This document shows, piece after piece, positions 1-9,936 of a DNA stretch of 11,293 nucleotides (position 1 is the first letter of the stretch; each line of letters opens with the position of its first letter). The notes under the pieces are model-generated. The model searched no databases. It was not told where the DNA came from and saw only the letters and a program-made list of their open reading frames with translations. Both the position numbers and the translations under genes were made by a program. Origin of the DNA: Azolla caroliniana (lineage: Eukaryota > Plantae > Polypodiophyta); the NCBI GenBank assembly GCA_043228905.1, contig JBHGNT010001170.1, forward strand, positions 1 through 11,293, in the 5' to 3' direction.

Positions 1-3000
1 ATGTCAATAATCTCTATCTCCATTGACAAATTAAATGTAGAGAGAAATTGTGATCCATGGCTAATAAGGTGCACCAATCCATTATATCCCACCAAAATAA
101 ACCATGCACGTACTATTAGTGAGAGAAAGTCTTGCACTTGCCACAATCGAGTTTTATTGTCTAGAATCATGAATGACCAACATTCAAGATACGTCACAAG
201 ATAATCGAAACCATTGCAACTATCTGAGTGATCGATTTCAAATTAGAGATATAGTAATTCATAATATGTTTAGACTTGTTGGAATATATATTCAAGTGAT
301 TGGTTAGTACTCTCACAAAACACAAAATTCAAGTCACATTTGCCCACATCACAAAATTGATGGTCATCTAGGTTTTTTGCCAATATTTTGAAACACATTA
401 TTAAGTGAAATGAACATATGTGAGTTGTGGCAATGAACAATTAGGTTACTTTCTACCATGTTTTGACCATTGTAATATTACTTGATTACATATCTGATGG
501 TATGCATCATTTTTTGAGATTCGCGATCCATTGTCAGCCATGCATGATCATGGTTCTCTCTCTCCATTTAATAGACCTCTGGAGATAATGATGAGGACCC
601 ATAAGAGTAAGGTAACAGGTTGGATTCACAATGCACATTACTATGTGAGGGATAGCCTAAAAAGTAGTGCCATGACAAAAAGAAGCGCATATTGCGCTAC
701 CAATAAAATGGTAATTTGTTAATAATGAAACTTAGGTCATACCCTTAGGATTGTGTATCATCATCAAGGTGCAATAAGTCAATGATAGGGCAACACTCAA
801 AGAGGAACATTAATGCATGCAATGTTGTTAGCATATCCATTTGTATGTATGAGAGTGAGAGATGATGAGGATGGTATATTAACGTCCATAGCAAGAACAC
901 ATGCATGAACTCATGACTCGTACATAGTCTATGAGTCTTGAGACCTCTAAAAAGAGAGAGAGGATGGATGCATTCCTATAATTTAATGAAGTGGCTACAA
1001 CAATGTATATTATGATTATTGACATGACACCCAATCAAACAACAACAATAATAAGAAACAAATGATAGTACGGGCATCGAGTAAGGTATTTTATCTCGAT
1101 GAAAGTTTCAAGATAAGTACAAAATATCGATCTTAATTTTCAGTTTCACTCCTACTCCCTATAGAAAAAATATATTCAATTGCTCTCTTTTTAGTATTGA
1201 TGTTACGATCACCTTGCGTCAATCTTAAGATTACCTCACTCCGAGATCACCTTCAAAATTTCCATAGTCAAAATGTTTAAATCCTTAGATACTCTATGCC
1301 AAGATTGCCTTATCGGAAAATTACTCGACCACGATAATTAGAAACATTGATAATTTGTAGATCCAGCAACTATGGTTTTTCTTTTAATTCAGATTGGCTC
1401 TTCCCTATTGAGATCACATCATACTTTCACGAGCAACAATGTTTATAGAGGACATTAGGGTCATTGTGGCTGCTTCTAGCCAGCCATAAATAAATAAAAT
1501 TTAGTAGTTGCAAGAGTTCTCAATATGAGTGACATTGGATATCCCCAACATGAAGGTCATCAAATGTCATATCAAAGAATGGAGCTTGTGAAACAAACAT
1601 AAGTGTTACTGTTGAGGAAAATTTTCATGAACATTTAGGCATTAATGATTTAAAAAAGATTGAGGGCATAACAAAAACTTGAGAGTAATCAAATTGGATG
1701 GTAGTCAGGGAGATATATGGAGAGTATTTTAGACTTTTCAATGTTGTTTCTTTGGTTGTCCAATAATATGTACCTATTGGAGTTTTCAAATGTTGTCAAA
1801 TAATATGTTTCATTTATGAATATTTAGAGTTTTTGTGCCCATTCAACTTATTTTTTAATCAACTGTAGCTGAGATTACCAATTGTCGGCCAACACTTAAA
1901 ACCTCAAAACTACTCTTACGTGAGTTAGTGGGGACAGGCACATGTTAGCCTTCAACTCAGATGTAGAGGACACAATTTCCTTTATCCAAAGTATCTATAG
2001 GTATGTACATTAATCAAACATGCATAGTGGAAGCATAACATGAAATGGAAACAGTTGTAGCTCAATTTCTAGACAAGTTATGTACTTTGCAGTGGGTAGA
2101 TTTTGTGCATTGTGCCCTACGATCATTAACTAATTCTCATCCTCCAAAGAAATCAATTCATAAATATGTTGATAGCTTGAACCATTTTCACAAATAAATA
2201 GAAAGGTGTATGAATGGCATCACTTTGTGAATGCATGTACTTTAACGAATTCAGGTGTTGGAGAGCTCTTAAAACATTATTCAGTTCTTGATCAACAGAA
2301 CGATGAATATTGATTGTTTTCCAACAACACCAAGACAAATATTGATTCTGGCAATTAATGAGAATAGTGTTGATCTTGTGTCTCCATAGCTATATAGAAC
2401 AAGAAGAAGAAGTGTATAAATGTCTCCAGAGAGGACAATGTGACCAATGAGGCTAGGACAATATACATCTTTATAAAGATATAAGGCTATCAAAACCCAT
2501 ACCACAGTTACAGATCATAGCCAAATTAGAATCCTATGGCTAAGATGATAATTAGACATAACCTTAAAAAGTTCTTATACATCAATTGGTCCAACATCAT
2601 TCACTACACAAATTATATATATAACTCACAAAAAAATCATTATTCTTAAAACATTAGCCCCACATTGTGTGCATTAATCAATGTTTTCATACATCCATAT
2701 GAGCTTTGTTCATTTTAACTTCTAATTCCACACCATCATCAATTGATTGTGCATCTTGACAAGACATGCACAACCAAGCCACCATGGTCACAAATTTTCA
2801 ACTAATAAGGTTACACACATCCTAATAAGGTTTTTGAGGAATCTACATCATATGTAACTCCACTTCATTGGACACATCACCAATCATTACGAACGCATTA
2901 AAGACATTTATTTACCTTGGGTTTACTATGGCCAACAAACAATTCTACCTTCTTAAATATATTGACTATGAATTAACTGAAGAAAAAAACCTAAAGCTAA

Positions 3001-3743
3001 TTATAATACAATGTTCCACATGATAACAAAATGAATTTTGCATTCACTGCATCTGTCATCATCTCTTCCTCATAATTATATGTGCTCTATCTAGACAAAT
3101 ATTATTGTCACCATGAACCACTTGAATGTTACCGAGGACATGCTTCAAACACACCTTTATGTCAACACATTATTTTTACCATCATACCTTATCTACTAGC
3201 GTACCATTATGCCTTTCGAATTATTCCTGAATACAAAGAAAAGACATACATAATGCACACATACGTGTACACTCTAATATACAAAGGTCTAATTGCATTT
3301 GCATCAAATGCCAAAATGGCTTCTCACTTGCCATACTTTGTTACTTTATTTAGTTTTTACAAATCTTCTCGACAATTCACAAGGTTGATATCCACCATCT
3401 ACCTCTACCATATATACGTAAGGTTGATATGGAGCGGAAGGATGGTAAATATTTTTAATTTGGTGTGAAATTTTGATCCTTAGATAATGCATATTATTAG
3501 AGTTAGTTGCGATGAAATACTTTAATTGATTAATATTTGGATAAACTAGTATCGACAAACAATAGTCAAACTTACGCACATGCCCTTATATTTATGTTTT
3601 CAAGGTAGGAGAACAGTCTCATGGATGTTTGTTTATATCTGTCTCCTATCACCGTCTAGCCTTAAATCATCGTACTTAGAGAGTTTTATTTTCTAAAAGA
3701 TCTATTGAATAGTTTATATAAAACAAATAGATTGATTCGTAGA

Positions 3744-3827
3744 CATGTTCACACATAAACATAGGCACATAAACCTTTTCCTTAAAATATTCTGTTTATT
3801 TATGCCTAGTTTATGTGTGTAAACATG
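3744..3827. repeat. Imperfect inverted repeat (foldback) with ~31-34 bp arms
   Basis: Left arm CATGTTCACACATAAACATAGGCACATAAAC versus reverse complement of right arm CATGTTTACACACATAAACTAGGCATAAATAAAC, with a 19-nt spacer. Confidence 0.8.
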
Positions 3828-3996
3828 GTATGTAAACCATAAGTATCTCATTTCCTAGTCAAATCAAATTGATGGACTTGATTTCTTCCAAATGTTAAGT
3901 TATACTTAAGCAAACTCTTCAACAACTATACATAATGTAAGAGTACTTGAGTATCATATGTTTGGGGGAGTAGCAGATGTTTAGGGAGCATTGTTG

Positions 3997-4073
3997 TAGA
4001 ATACTTAGCACACAATACGTGTAGAATATGTATGCTAAGTATTTTATCTTTAAAACAAAATACTTAGAATACA
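3997..4073. repeat. Three-copy inverted/direct repeat of an ~17-bp unit
   Basis: TAGAATACTTAGCACACA (3997-4014), inverted TGTATGCTAAGTATTTTA (4029-4046), and AAAATACTTAGAATACA (4057-4073). Confidence 0.8.
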
Positions 4074-4280
4074 AACTCTATATAAATTAATATAAATATG
4101 TAGAATATGTGGATAGTACTTTAAATATGTGCATAATATGTTAAATACATTAAATACTTTTTAGATTTTAAAGTTAAAAAACATATCGTTTTAAGTTTTT
4201 TAGCTTTTTGGACATGTTAAATAAGTAGAATACGTGAAATCATAAAATGACAGTTCTAAAACATACGTGAATATTTTAGT

Positions 4281-4345
4281 GAGAGAGAGAGAGAAAGAAA
4301 GAAATATATATTAACGGCTTCTAAAGAGAGAGAGAGAGAGAGAGA
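4281..4345. repeat. Two (GA)n microsatellite runs (4281-4303 including GAAA units; 4325-4345)
   Basis: Directly visible dinucleotide runs separated by about 20 bp. Confidence 0.95.
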
Positions 4346-4778
4346 CCAATTATGGGTTTATCTGGCAACTGCCAACAACTATAGAATATCGTATTGATGC
4401 AAGGTCATTGACCCATATGAAGTGAACAACAACCATGAGTTGATTGACATTTACAAGGCTAGAGGTTGTTTTCAAAAGTGACTACTAATCACTTGTACCA
4501 TTGATCCATTACGCCTATTTGATGGTATGAAAGGTACATAACTCTAATTATTGGTGGTGATAGATCTTGAAACGTAGTTGGTATTTAAATTACCATTTCT
4601 ATCAAGTGTGTTCATTTGAAGAGTATTGATTGGGGGGTTTGCCTTAGGGATTGGCTCTAAAGCGACAAAATTATGTAAACACGTGTGCGTGTGCTATTGA
4701 AGAGGGATCGTAGGGAACCTAAACCAAGGAAGATGTGATGATCTTGGAGAAGAATTTGAGTTTCCTAAAACCTTCATG

Positions 4779-5818
4779 TGTTACTTATGCTCACATTGGC
4801 TCATTATATTCACACACACTTCCTTGGTAGGTTGCTCTTGTGGCATGACCGCAGGAACTACCTTGTCTTCGTGTATGGGAATCCTTTTTTCGTAAAGTAT
4901 GGGCGACCGTGGAGTCAAACTGGGCCATATCGAAGAGGCTCTTGTGAAATGAGCATTTCATTGTGGGCAACGAACATGCATGTGGGGAATGAACAATGCT
5001 CATGGATTCAAGACCCTTTCTTGCACTCTCACTTGTACTCGCAAATCAACCTCCTCTCATCGACGCTAAACACAGTTACAAACTTTAGAGACCAAGCTTT
5101 ACACAAAACAAAATTTCTTGTACATCCAAATTTTAGATTAGGCACAAAATTTTAATGTTGGGCTATACTATACTTCTCTTGTGTGTCCCAAGGACCTCTT
5201 GGAATGAAATGGTGTTTTACCGTCCTGGACTCCAACCTTTCCATAGCCTGATTTGCAGAAGATATGCGACCAATTAGAGCAGTGAGAAGAGAAGGAAGAT
5301 CTGCAGAGGAATAACAGCCGCAATGTACAAAACAGTAGCAGGTGAGAACTGAGAGACACATGGCGGACACAAAGAACGTAAATCTATCAAAGAAGAAACT
5401 GGAAATATCGAAAGAATATGTAAACAGATCGGAGATGCTAAACAAAAAAGAAAGACTCAAAATGAGTGGAAACTTTAGGTAGGAAGGAAGGAAAAGAAAC
5501 AGGGAAGAGAAGACCAGTACTTTGAGATGGAAGAGAGGAAGGTTTGTGATCCACAGCTACTCGTAGGGCCGCACAGGAAGGCTCATTCAGTTTGCATTCG
5601 TTTGGTTGATAACACACGCATTCGGATGCATTCGTATGAAAAAGAATGTTTGCCAATGCACAAAGAGAAAAAACAGAGAGACACAAGCACACAGAAAAAG
5701 AGACACTTAGTATTGTTTTTGGCGGGCACACCCAAAAACCTTCGTTTTGCATTAACTTATTATATACTCAGTGATAAATAGTGAGAAATACCTTTCTGGC
5801 CTTTCTCACTATGTATCA
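4779..5818 (-). repeat. Putative 3' LTR (start 5818 well supported; end 4779, alternatively 5156)
   Basis: Starts TGATAC right after the PPT, with TATATA at 5761-5766 followed by a CT-rich tract. Candidate ends are GTAACA at 4779 (5/6 inverted match to TGATAC) or CCCAACA at 5156. Motif colinearity with 9937-10610 extends to ~4790, favouring the longer call. Confidence 0.6.
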
Positions 5819-5830
5819 ATTTCCCGCTAA
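5819..5830 (-). promoter_or_regulatory. Polypurine tract (plus-strand priming site)
   Basis: Minus strand TTAGCGGGAAAT directly followed by TG, about 110 nt after the pol stop. This matches the position and the GGGAGAT-TG-like form of plant copia PPTs. Confidence 0.7.
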
Positions 5831-5907
5831 AGGCCAAACAAAGAATCAGCAAAGCTGATCGGAAGATTGTACAAGACCTACACATCTTACTTGATGAATA
5901 TGTTACA

Positions 5908-5924
5908 ATATATATATATATATA
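5908..5924. repeat. (TA)n microsatellite in the retrotransposon 3' UTR
   Basis: ATATATATATATATATA between the pol stop and the PPT. Confidence 0.9.
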
Positions 5925-5936
5925 AAACATGAAGAG

Positions 5937-6350
5937 CTAAGTAACTCTCATCAAGTGACAACAATGCTCTAGTGCATCATGCGGTAGAGCTTTTTGGTCA
6001 ATGCATCTGTTGGCATTTTGTGGAGAGACAACGTTCTCAAGACTGATGTAGCCCAACAACTATGCATTCTCGGAGGAAGTGATATCGCACTCCAATGTGC
6101 TTGGTTTTTGCATGGTATACTAGGTTTTTCGCTAATGCAATGGCACTTCGACTATCACAAAAACAGTATGGGTACAAGTTGACGTCTCGTTGAAGTATGC
6201 CCATGTCACAAACTAATCTAGATAGCCATACAACTTCATTACATGCTTCACTACCTGCAACATACCTTCCATAAATTGAAAATTATACCTCGCAGAAGTT
6301 TTTCTGTTGTTAGAACATCCAACATAATCAGAGTCAATATATCCAATAAT
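5937..6350 (-). pseudogene. Copia RNase H domain (internally deleted)
   Basis: GYIDSDYVGCSNNRKTS, YVAGSEACNEVVWLSRL, CDSRSAIALAKNLVYHAKTKHIGVRYHFLRE and DALTK. Confidence 0.92.
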
Positions 6351-6399
6351 CAATACATTTCCTCCACCTAAACATAGACAGTGGACACTTATTCTTGGT

Positions 6400-7420
6400 G
6401 CCACTCAGATATCTCAATATCATTTTAACTACTTCTCAATGTTTCTCACCAGGGTTTGACAAAAAATCTGCTCACAACTCCAATTGCAAATGCAAAGTCT
6501 AGCCTAGTCACTATCATAGCATACATAAGACTACCTACCAACAACAGACTGGTAAGGAATTTTACTCATGAACTCCTCTTCATTATCAGATTTGGGACAT
6601 TCATCTTTGCTCAATTTAACATGCATAGATAATTGTGTGCTCAAAGGCTTTGCACTCTCCATATTAAACCTCTCCAGTACTTTGCATACATACTCAGATT
6701 GAGACAAATAAATAATTCCATTACTCCTATCCCGAGTAATACGCATTCCAAGGATTGTTTTGCATTTCCCAAAATTTCTTATATTGAAGCTTTGACTCAA
6801 ATTTTCATTTAGTTTGGACAACTTAGTTTTTACCGGCAATGAGCATGTCATCCACATAAAGTATCAAGATCACATATGAGTCATCTATACATTCCTTTGT
6901 ATATAAGCATGAGTCTTCATTACTCCTAGCATAACTTTGGGACCTCATAAAAGCATCAATTTTTTTTATACCACTTTCAAGGTGATTGCTTAAGACCATA
7001 TAAAATTTTCTCAAGTTTACGTACCAAAGGCATTTTACAATAAACTTCAAAACCCTTTGGTTGCTCCATATAGATCTCTTCATCGAGATCTCCATGCAAA
7101 AAAAACAGTTTTTACATCCATTTGAAATAAATCAAAATCAAAATTGGCAACCAATGCAAGCGTCATGCGTAACGAAGTCATCTTGACTACTAGGGAGAAG
7201 ATTTCATCAAAATCAACTCATTGTTCTTGTTTAAAACCTTTTGCCATAATGCGAGCTTTATACTTGGGAAGAACACTATCAGATGTGTATTTGTACTTAT
7301 ACACCCATTTACATGGTAGTGCTTTCCTACCTTTGGGCAAAGGCACTAAATCCCAAGTTCCACTCTTATGGATACTATCCAACTCATTTTGCATAGCTTG
7401 TTTCCACTTAGCATGATCGT
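6400..7420 (-). pseudogene. Copia reverse transcriptase domain
   Basis: [69 protein letters not shown], catalytic YVDD at 6847-6858 (LILYVDDMLIAG), ILGMRITRDR and PYQSVVG. Confidence 0.96.
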
Positions 7421-7546
7421 GGGTAGATATAGCTTCATTGTAACATGAAGGCTCACCGTGGCATCTGATAGCATTACATAATTAGCCAATTTACTAGGTG
7501 CTTTGGAGACACGCATGGATCTCCTCAATGATTCCTGAACCTGAAT

Positions 7547-7657
7547 ACCATCATGTTGTGCATGAGAAACATCATTCTGAGCATATTCTTCCTGAAAATC
7601 ATCATTTTGTACATCATTGTGCTGAGCATCATTATTTTGGGCATCATCATGCTGACC
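7547..7657 (-). repeat. Degenerate 15-bp coding tandem repeat in the INT-RT linker
   Basis: Minus-strand units GGTCAGCATGATGAT, GCCCAAAATAATGAT, GCTCAGCACAATGAT, GTACAAAATGATGAT, TTTCAGGAAGAATAT, GCTCAGAATGATGTT, then TCTCAT, then GCACAACATGATGGT. Confidence 0.85.
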
Positions 7658-7789
7658 AACAACAATTTTTCGTGGGTAAGCACATGTAGAAGCATCTACA
7701 TCAATGAGATTTTCTCTTTTACATCAATAGAAGGCACAACATCCTTAAACATGACCTTTCTCACTTTTACCTCATTTATAGACTACTTA

Positions 7790-8645
7790 TGCATTTTGTT
7801 CTCATAAAAAACAACATAACTACTTCTGACCACAGTATGTGTGTCAGGGTCCCATAAGCGATATCCAACCTGCCCATCAATTCCATAACCAAGGAAAATA
7901 CATTTTTTACATTTATAGTCCAATTTCTTTCTTAGTTATTTTGGAATGTGTACATATGCTTCACATCCAAAAACTCTAAGATGAGCATAATGAGGTGCAT
8001 TGCCTGTCCACAACTCTTGTGCCACTTTTAGACCTATGGTGATAGATTAATCACATGGACTGCTGTTAAAACAACTTCTGCCCAAAAACCTTGCGAGAGG
8101 TTTGCATGATGTAGCATAGAGACAACTCTATCCTGGATGGTTCTATTAATCCTCTCAACCACACCATTCTGGACAATGGTGTAAAGAGTTGTAAACTCTC
8201 TCCGAATGTCTCTAGACTTACAAAAGTCATCAAATTCGTGAGAGTATACTCACCTCCATTGTCCGAACGTAAAGCCTTAAGCTTTATGTCCTTTTTCAAC
8301 TCGACCGAAACAAGCCATTTTTGGAAACTAGGGTATACATCATCCTTTCCCTTAATCGGATAAACCCAAACTTTCCTATTGGCATCATCAATGAAAGTAA
8401 CAAAGTACGATGCACCACCCAAAGATCTTGTGGGCATAAGTCCACAAACATCCGTGTGAACAAGATCCAATGGTTTAGTGGATGAGTTAACACTGGTCTT
8501 ATGTGCACTTTTGGTTTGCTTACCATGTTGGCAATTTTCACATAAGGAAAAATTAGAGAATGAAAACATAGGTAAGTGGCCATAATGAGATAGAATTTCC
8601 ATGCCATTTCTTGACATGTGGCCTAAATGGCCATGCCAAATGCTC
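7790..8645 (-). pseudogene. Integrase (HHCC zinc-binding region, DDE core, C-terminal region)
   Basis: IWHGHLGHMS...CENCQHGKQ, LDLVHTDVCG, FIDDANRKVW and LRSDNGGEY. After a frameshift: QNGVVERINRTI, GFWAEVVLTAVHVIN, HLRVFGCEAYVHIPK and KCIFLGYGIDGQVGYRLWDP. Confidence 0.95.
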
Positions 8646-8769
8646 TTCATTGGTTGGTTTGTGACAACCAACAGATTTTCTTTTTTATGAACAAATAGAG
8701 GGTAGAGGGAACGAACTTTGTTCCCTTTTGCAACAATCATATTTCCTTTCGTTAAACGAAAGGATTGGG

Positions 8770-9040
8770 AAGCAAATATCACCTTATAGCTGTTGTCATC
8801 AAGCTGACCAACAAACATTAGACTACAATTTAGTTGAGGAACAGGGCGTACACCTTTGATGGTAAGAGGAGAACCATCACTAAAGTGCATTGAGATATCT
8901 CCAATGCCAATCACATCACACTAATGTGAATCTCCAAGTCTAACTTTCCTAAGTGACTTGGCTTCATAACATGTGAACCACTCTCTGTGTGGAGTCACAT
9001 GGAATGATGCACCAAAGTCCAACAACCATGTATAGGATGG
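8770..9040 (-). pseudogene. Copia aspartic protease domain
   Basis: WLLDFGASFHVTPHREWF (canonical D-S/T-G-A-S changed to DFGAS; Asp codon 9017-9019), then VRLGDSH*CDVIGIGDI and later LMFVGQLDD. Confidence 0.9.
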
Positions 9041-9157
9041 AGAAAAAACCATATTCACCCCAACATGTGTCCTAACATAATCTAAGACCAAGATGTCAAT
9101 CTCTTCACATGTTGCATTTACTTCTTCTATTTCCACCGACGAAGAGGGACCACAAGA

Positions 9158-9922
9158 TTATCGTCCATGCCCATCACCTTTGAATTTAGCATGATCTTTT
9201 TCCTTATTTTTTAGGGCATGACAATCTTTCTTGAGGTGTCCCTTTTTATGCAAATAATGACACTCCATGTTTTTCTTCCTAGACTTGCTTCTACCTCTAT
9301 CGTTTACACTATTGTTTCTTGTTTGGCTCCGACCACGGTGTTGGTTTTTGTGAGAACTAACCTCATACACATTATATGCATCTTCATTATGTGATGCAGT
9401 CATAGATTTCCTATGAATTTCTTCGCTCAATAGTGCTCCACATATGTCATTATAGACTAGTTTCCTGTTTGGTGCACTATCGCTAACAATAGTGAAAAAT
9501 GTGTCCCATGAGCTAGGCAAAGTGCATAATAGAAATACACATTTTAGCTCATCATCCATAGTCATTTTTTGAGCTTGTAATTGTGACCATAGTGCATCAA
9601 AGTCATTCAAATGAGAGGCAACATTATCGGTGTCCTTTATTTGAAGATCATAAAGTTTTCTCATTAGATAAACTTTATTTGATGTGGTGTCTTTTTCGTA
9701 AGTACTACATAGTTTAGTCCATAACTTTTCGGCCAAGTCATAGTCCAAGACTGTGAAGTATACATTGTCTGCTAGGTGCAATCTTATGGTAGACATTGCC
9801 AAGAGATCGAGCTCTTCCCAATCGTCATTGGACATGCCTTGGAGTCTCGCTTCGCCACCTAATGGACTTAATTTCCTTCTTTGAATCAAAACATCTCTCA
9901 TTTGATTCTTCCACAAGATGAA
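9158..9922 (-). pseudogene. gag: Copia Gag domain with degenerate zinc knuckle
   Basis: Motifs FILWKNQMRDVLIQ, AMSTIRLHLADNV, NKVYLMRKLYDL and LLCTLPSSWDTF. CHYLHKKGHLKKDC at 9221-9262 is CX2CX4HX4C with the second Cys replaced by Leu. The usual N-terminal residues before FILWK appear to be missing. Confidence 0.92.
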
Positions 9923-9936
9923 CTCTAAGCACCTAA

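Larger units (their letters stand above)
5937..9922 (-). pseudogene. gag-pol: gag-pol polyprotein pseudogene of the copia element
   Basis: Continuous domain homology across ORFs 9158-9958, 8921-9136, 8066-8914, 6823-7095, 6531-6857 and 6213-6404 and the frames between them. Lesions include an in-frame TAG at 8921-8923 and frameshifts near 8240, 7100, 6960 and 6830. The terminal stop is TAG at 5937-5939. Confidence 0.95.

Noticed and set aside
1-722. ORFs 1-204 and 531-722
   Set aside because: Short, no recognisable motif; expected by chance.
1207-1420. Recurrent GATYRCCT-like motif; also small hairpins (909-936, 5845-5859) and a 17-bp duplication (1755-1771 and 1792-1808)
   Set aside because: Too short or irregular to interpret; not a CRISPR-like or regular array.
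3082-3579. 128-aa ORF 3082-3468 and opposite-strand ORF 3346-3579
   Set aside because: Non-ATG starts, Y/I/L/F-rich composition reflecting AT content, no domain.
4778-5781. Overlapping ORFs in 4778-5781 (possible env-like or extra ORF)
   Set aside because: They lie beyond the PPT within the LTR and are driven by GA/CT low complexity; no recognisable protein motif.
5994-7807. Plus-strand ORFs 5994-6182, 7144-7416 and 7553-7807
   Set aside because: Antisense shadows of pol. The hydrophobic 7553 ORF derives from the 15-bp repeat.
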